Source: Dicyema japonicum | Lineage: Eukaryota; Animalia; Dicyemida | Length of the DNA: 64,000 nucleotides | NCBI GenBank assembly: GCA_011109175.1 | Contig: RDEW01000001.1 | Coordinates: forward strand, 1,987,485 to 2,051,484 | Direction: 5' to 3' | Part shown: piece after piece, positions 62,624-64,000 of the stretch | How the letters are laid out: every line of letters begins with the position of its first letter | Numbering within the stretch: the stretch's first letter is position 1 | Translations under genes and position numbers: made by a program | Notes under the pieces: model-generated | Told to the model about the DNA's origin: nothing | What the model saw: the letters and a program-made list of their open reading frames with translations, nothing else | Databases searched by the model: none

Positions 62624-63979
62624 TCAATTAAAGTAAGAGGAGGGAACATTTTGTTTGCCTTTTGATTTATTTGTCGGGGATATTGTACGAGATCTAAACA
62701 ATTCTGAAGGAATATATGGAATTGGAACATTTCTGGTATTAATTTTCGGATATTCCTCTTTTCCATTCCTTATAGTTTTAAAAATATAAAAACCCAGTAT
62801 TTTCTGAATTAGAGGAATTATCACATTCATTAATAATTTCATTAACAGAATTGTCCTGTTTTCCATATTGTATTACTTGTGGTGATGTTTGAAGATTGTT
62901 CAGTTGACGATGAAGCCATGCTATTACATTTTGTGAAGTTCTTTCTTTTTCTATTACTTGCTCCAATTTTATTACATTTTCATTCATTTTTTTAGATAAT
63001 TCATTATTCTATAATAAATTTTATTTTACAATCTGTTTGCTTTCTTCTAACTCTTCTTTGACTTGTTTTAAATTAATAGTTATATTATCAATTTTTGAAA
63101 GATTTATTTCCTCTTCCCCCTTTACTTCTTCCAATTCTTTTCGAGAGTTTTATTTTTTAACATAAAGTATTCACATTTTCCTTCCAAATCAGTTTTGATT
63201 ATTTCTTTTTTATTTAAATCATCCTCAGTGATTATCAATTTCTCATTTAGTCTTACCATTTCATCTTTTATAGACGTAATTTGATCTTCCAAATTATTCT
63301 ATACTAATAATTCAAATTTTACCTTTTTATCAACTTCATCTTTCAGAGACTGTTCAATCCTTAATATTTTATTCCTTTCAATTTCCAACATACTTTCTAA
63401 TTCCCCACATTTTGCCCGATATGTGTTTATAGTTCTTTCATTTTCATGTCTATTTTCTTCCAAGTCACAATTTTCTTTTCTGACTCTTTTTAAATCCTGG
63501 GAGTAACGGACATTTTGTTCCTCCAAAAGTTGACATCGAGTATTCTGTTCATTACGGGTTACTTCCAATGTACAGTTTATTTCCACAAGTTCCTATTATA
63601 TGATTAGATTGTTTACTTTGTTTATGTTTTTTAGTTTATCCAGTTTTTCTTCAAATTGAGAAACTTGTGTCAAATATTCTCTCATTTTGGCGGTTTCTTT
63701 TTCACGCCAGAATTTGTCATTTTCGATTAATTTCTATTAATATTAAAAATAATACTTCTTCGTGGGTTTTAGTAACCAAATCAATCTTATTCTGATGTGT
63801 CTCTATTAAGGTAGATTCTCTTATAATAGAATTTTCTTTATATTCTTTAAAGACAGTTTCCAAATATTCATTTTTCTAGATATTAAAATATTAAAGATAA
63901 CAGATTGTAAATTGGTTATTTTTGAATTCAAATCGGATTGATTATTCATATATTTTTCTAAATTTCCAGTCAATTTATT
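62624..63979 (-). CDS. SASS6: SAS-6 centriole cartwheel protein, coiled coil and C-terminus (5' end outside window; one -1 frameshift)
   Basis: Introns 63901-63876 (26), 63755-63734 (22), 63616-63593 (24), 63322-63299 (24), 63029-63009 (21), 62793-62769 (25). VRKENCDLEENRHENERTINTYRAKCGELE matches SAS-6 [36 protein letters not shown] and VIAWLHRQLNN match LEESKQ...LITWLNKELNE. Terminal PSSYFN* matches the SAYF tail. One base is missing in the A4 run at 63141-63138. Confidence 0.85.
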
Positions 63980-64000
63980 CTACAATTTATATAACTATAA

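Noticed and set aside
1-64000. tRNA, rRNA, snRNA or spliced-leader RNA genes
   Set aside because: None recognised by eye. A covariance-model search (tRNAscan-SE, Infernal/Rfam) is needed to exclude them.

Overview
AT-rich eukaryotic nuclear DNA, mostly decayed and nested transposons, with a few host genes that the ORF track misses because they are split by 21-26 nt GT-AG introns. By hand-splicing I recovered five host gene models: (1) a 392-aa type I membrane protein with two LAMP-like domains (4553-5870, -); (2) its inverted paralog (18200-19157, +), which lost its TM anchor through a ~2.5 kb deletion and remains an open 288-aa frame; (3) a PIP4K2-like protein with all catalytic motifs degenerate (49671-50647, +); (4) an EVG1/C22orf23 (UPF0193) homolog (53619-54229, -); (5) SAS-6, 5'-truncated by the window edge and carrying one -1 frameshift (62624-63979, -). 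There is also a beta-TrCP gene fragment and a Ginger-type integrase transposon, each with a micro-intron. TE content: RTE-like, Jockey/I-like, CRE-like and R4/Dong-like non-LTR elements, Gypsy remnants, and pogo, IS630/Tc1-like, Mutator, hAT and Ginger DNA transposons. Animal-type genes, centriole/cilium genes and tiny introns together point to a reduced, ciliated parasitic animal such as a dicyemid (inference; a myxozoan or orthonectid is not excluded). Several apparent duplications at 20-30 kb flank N bases and look like assembly artefacts. All homology calls come from motif recall, not database searches.
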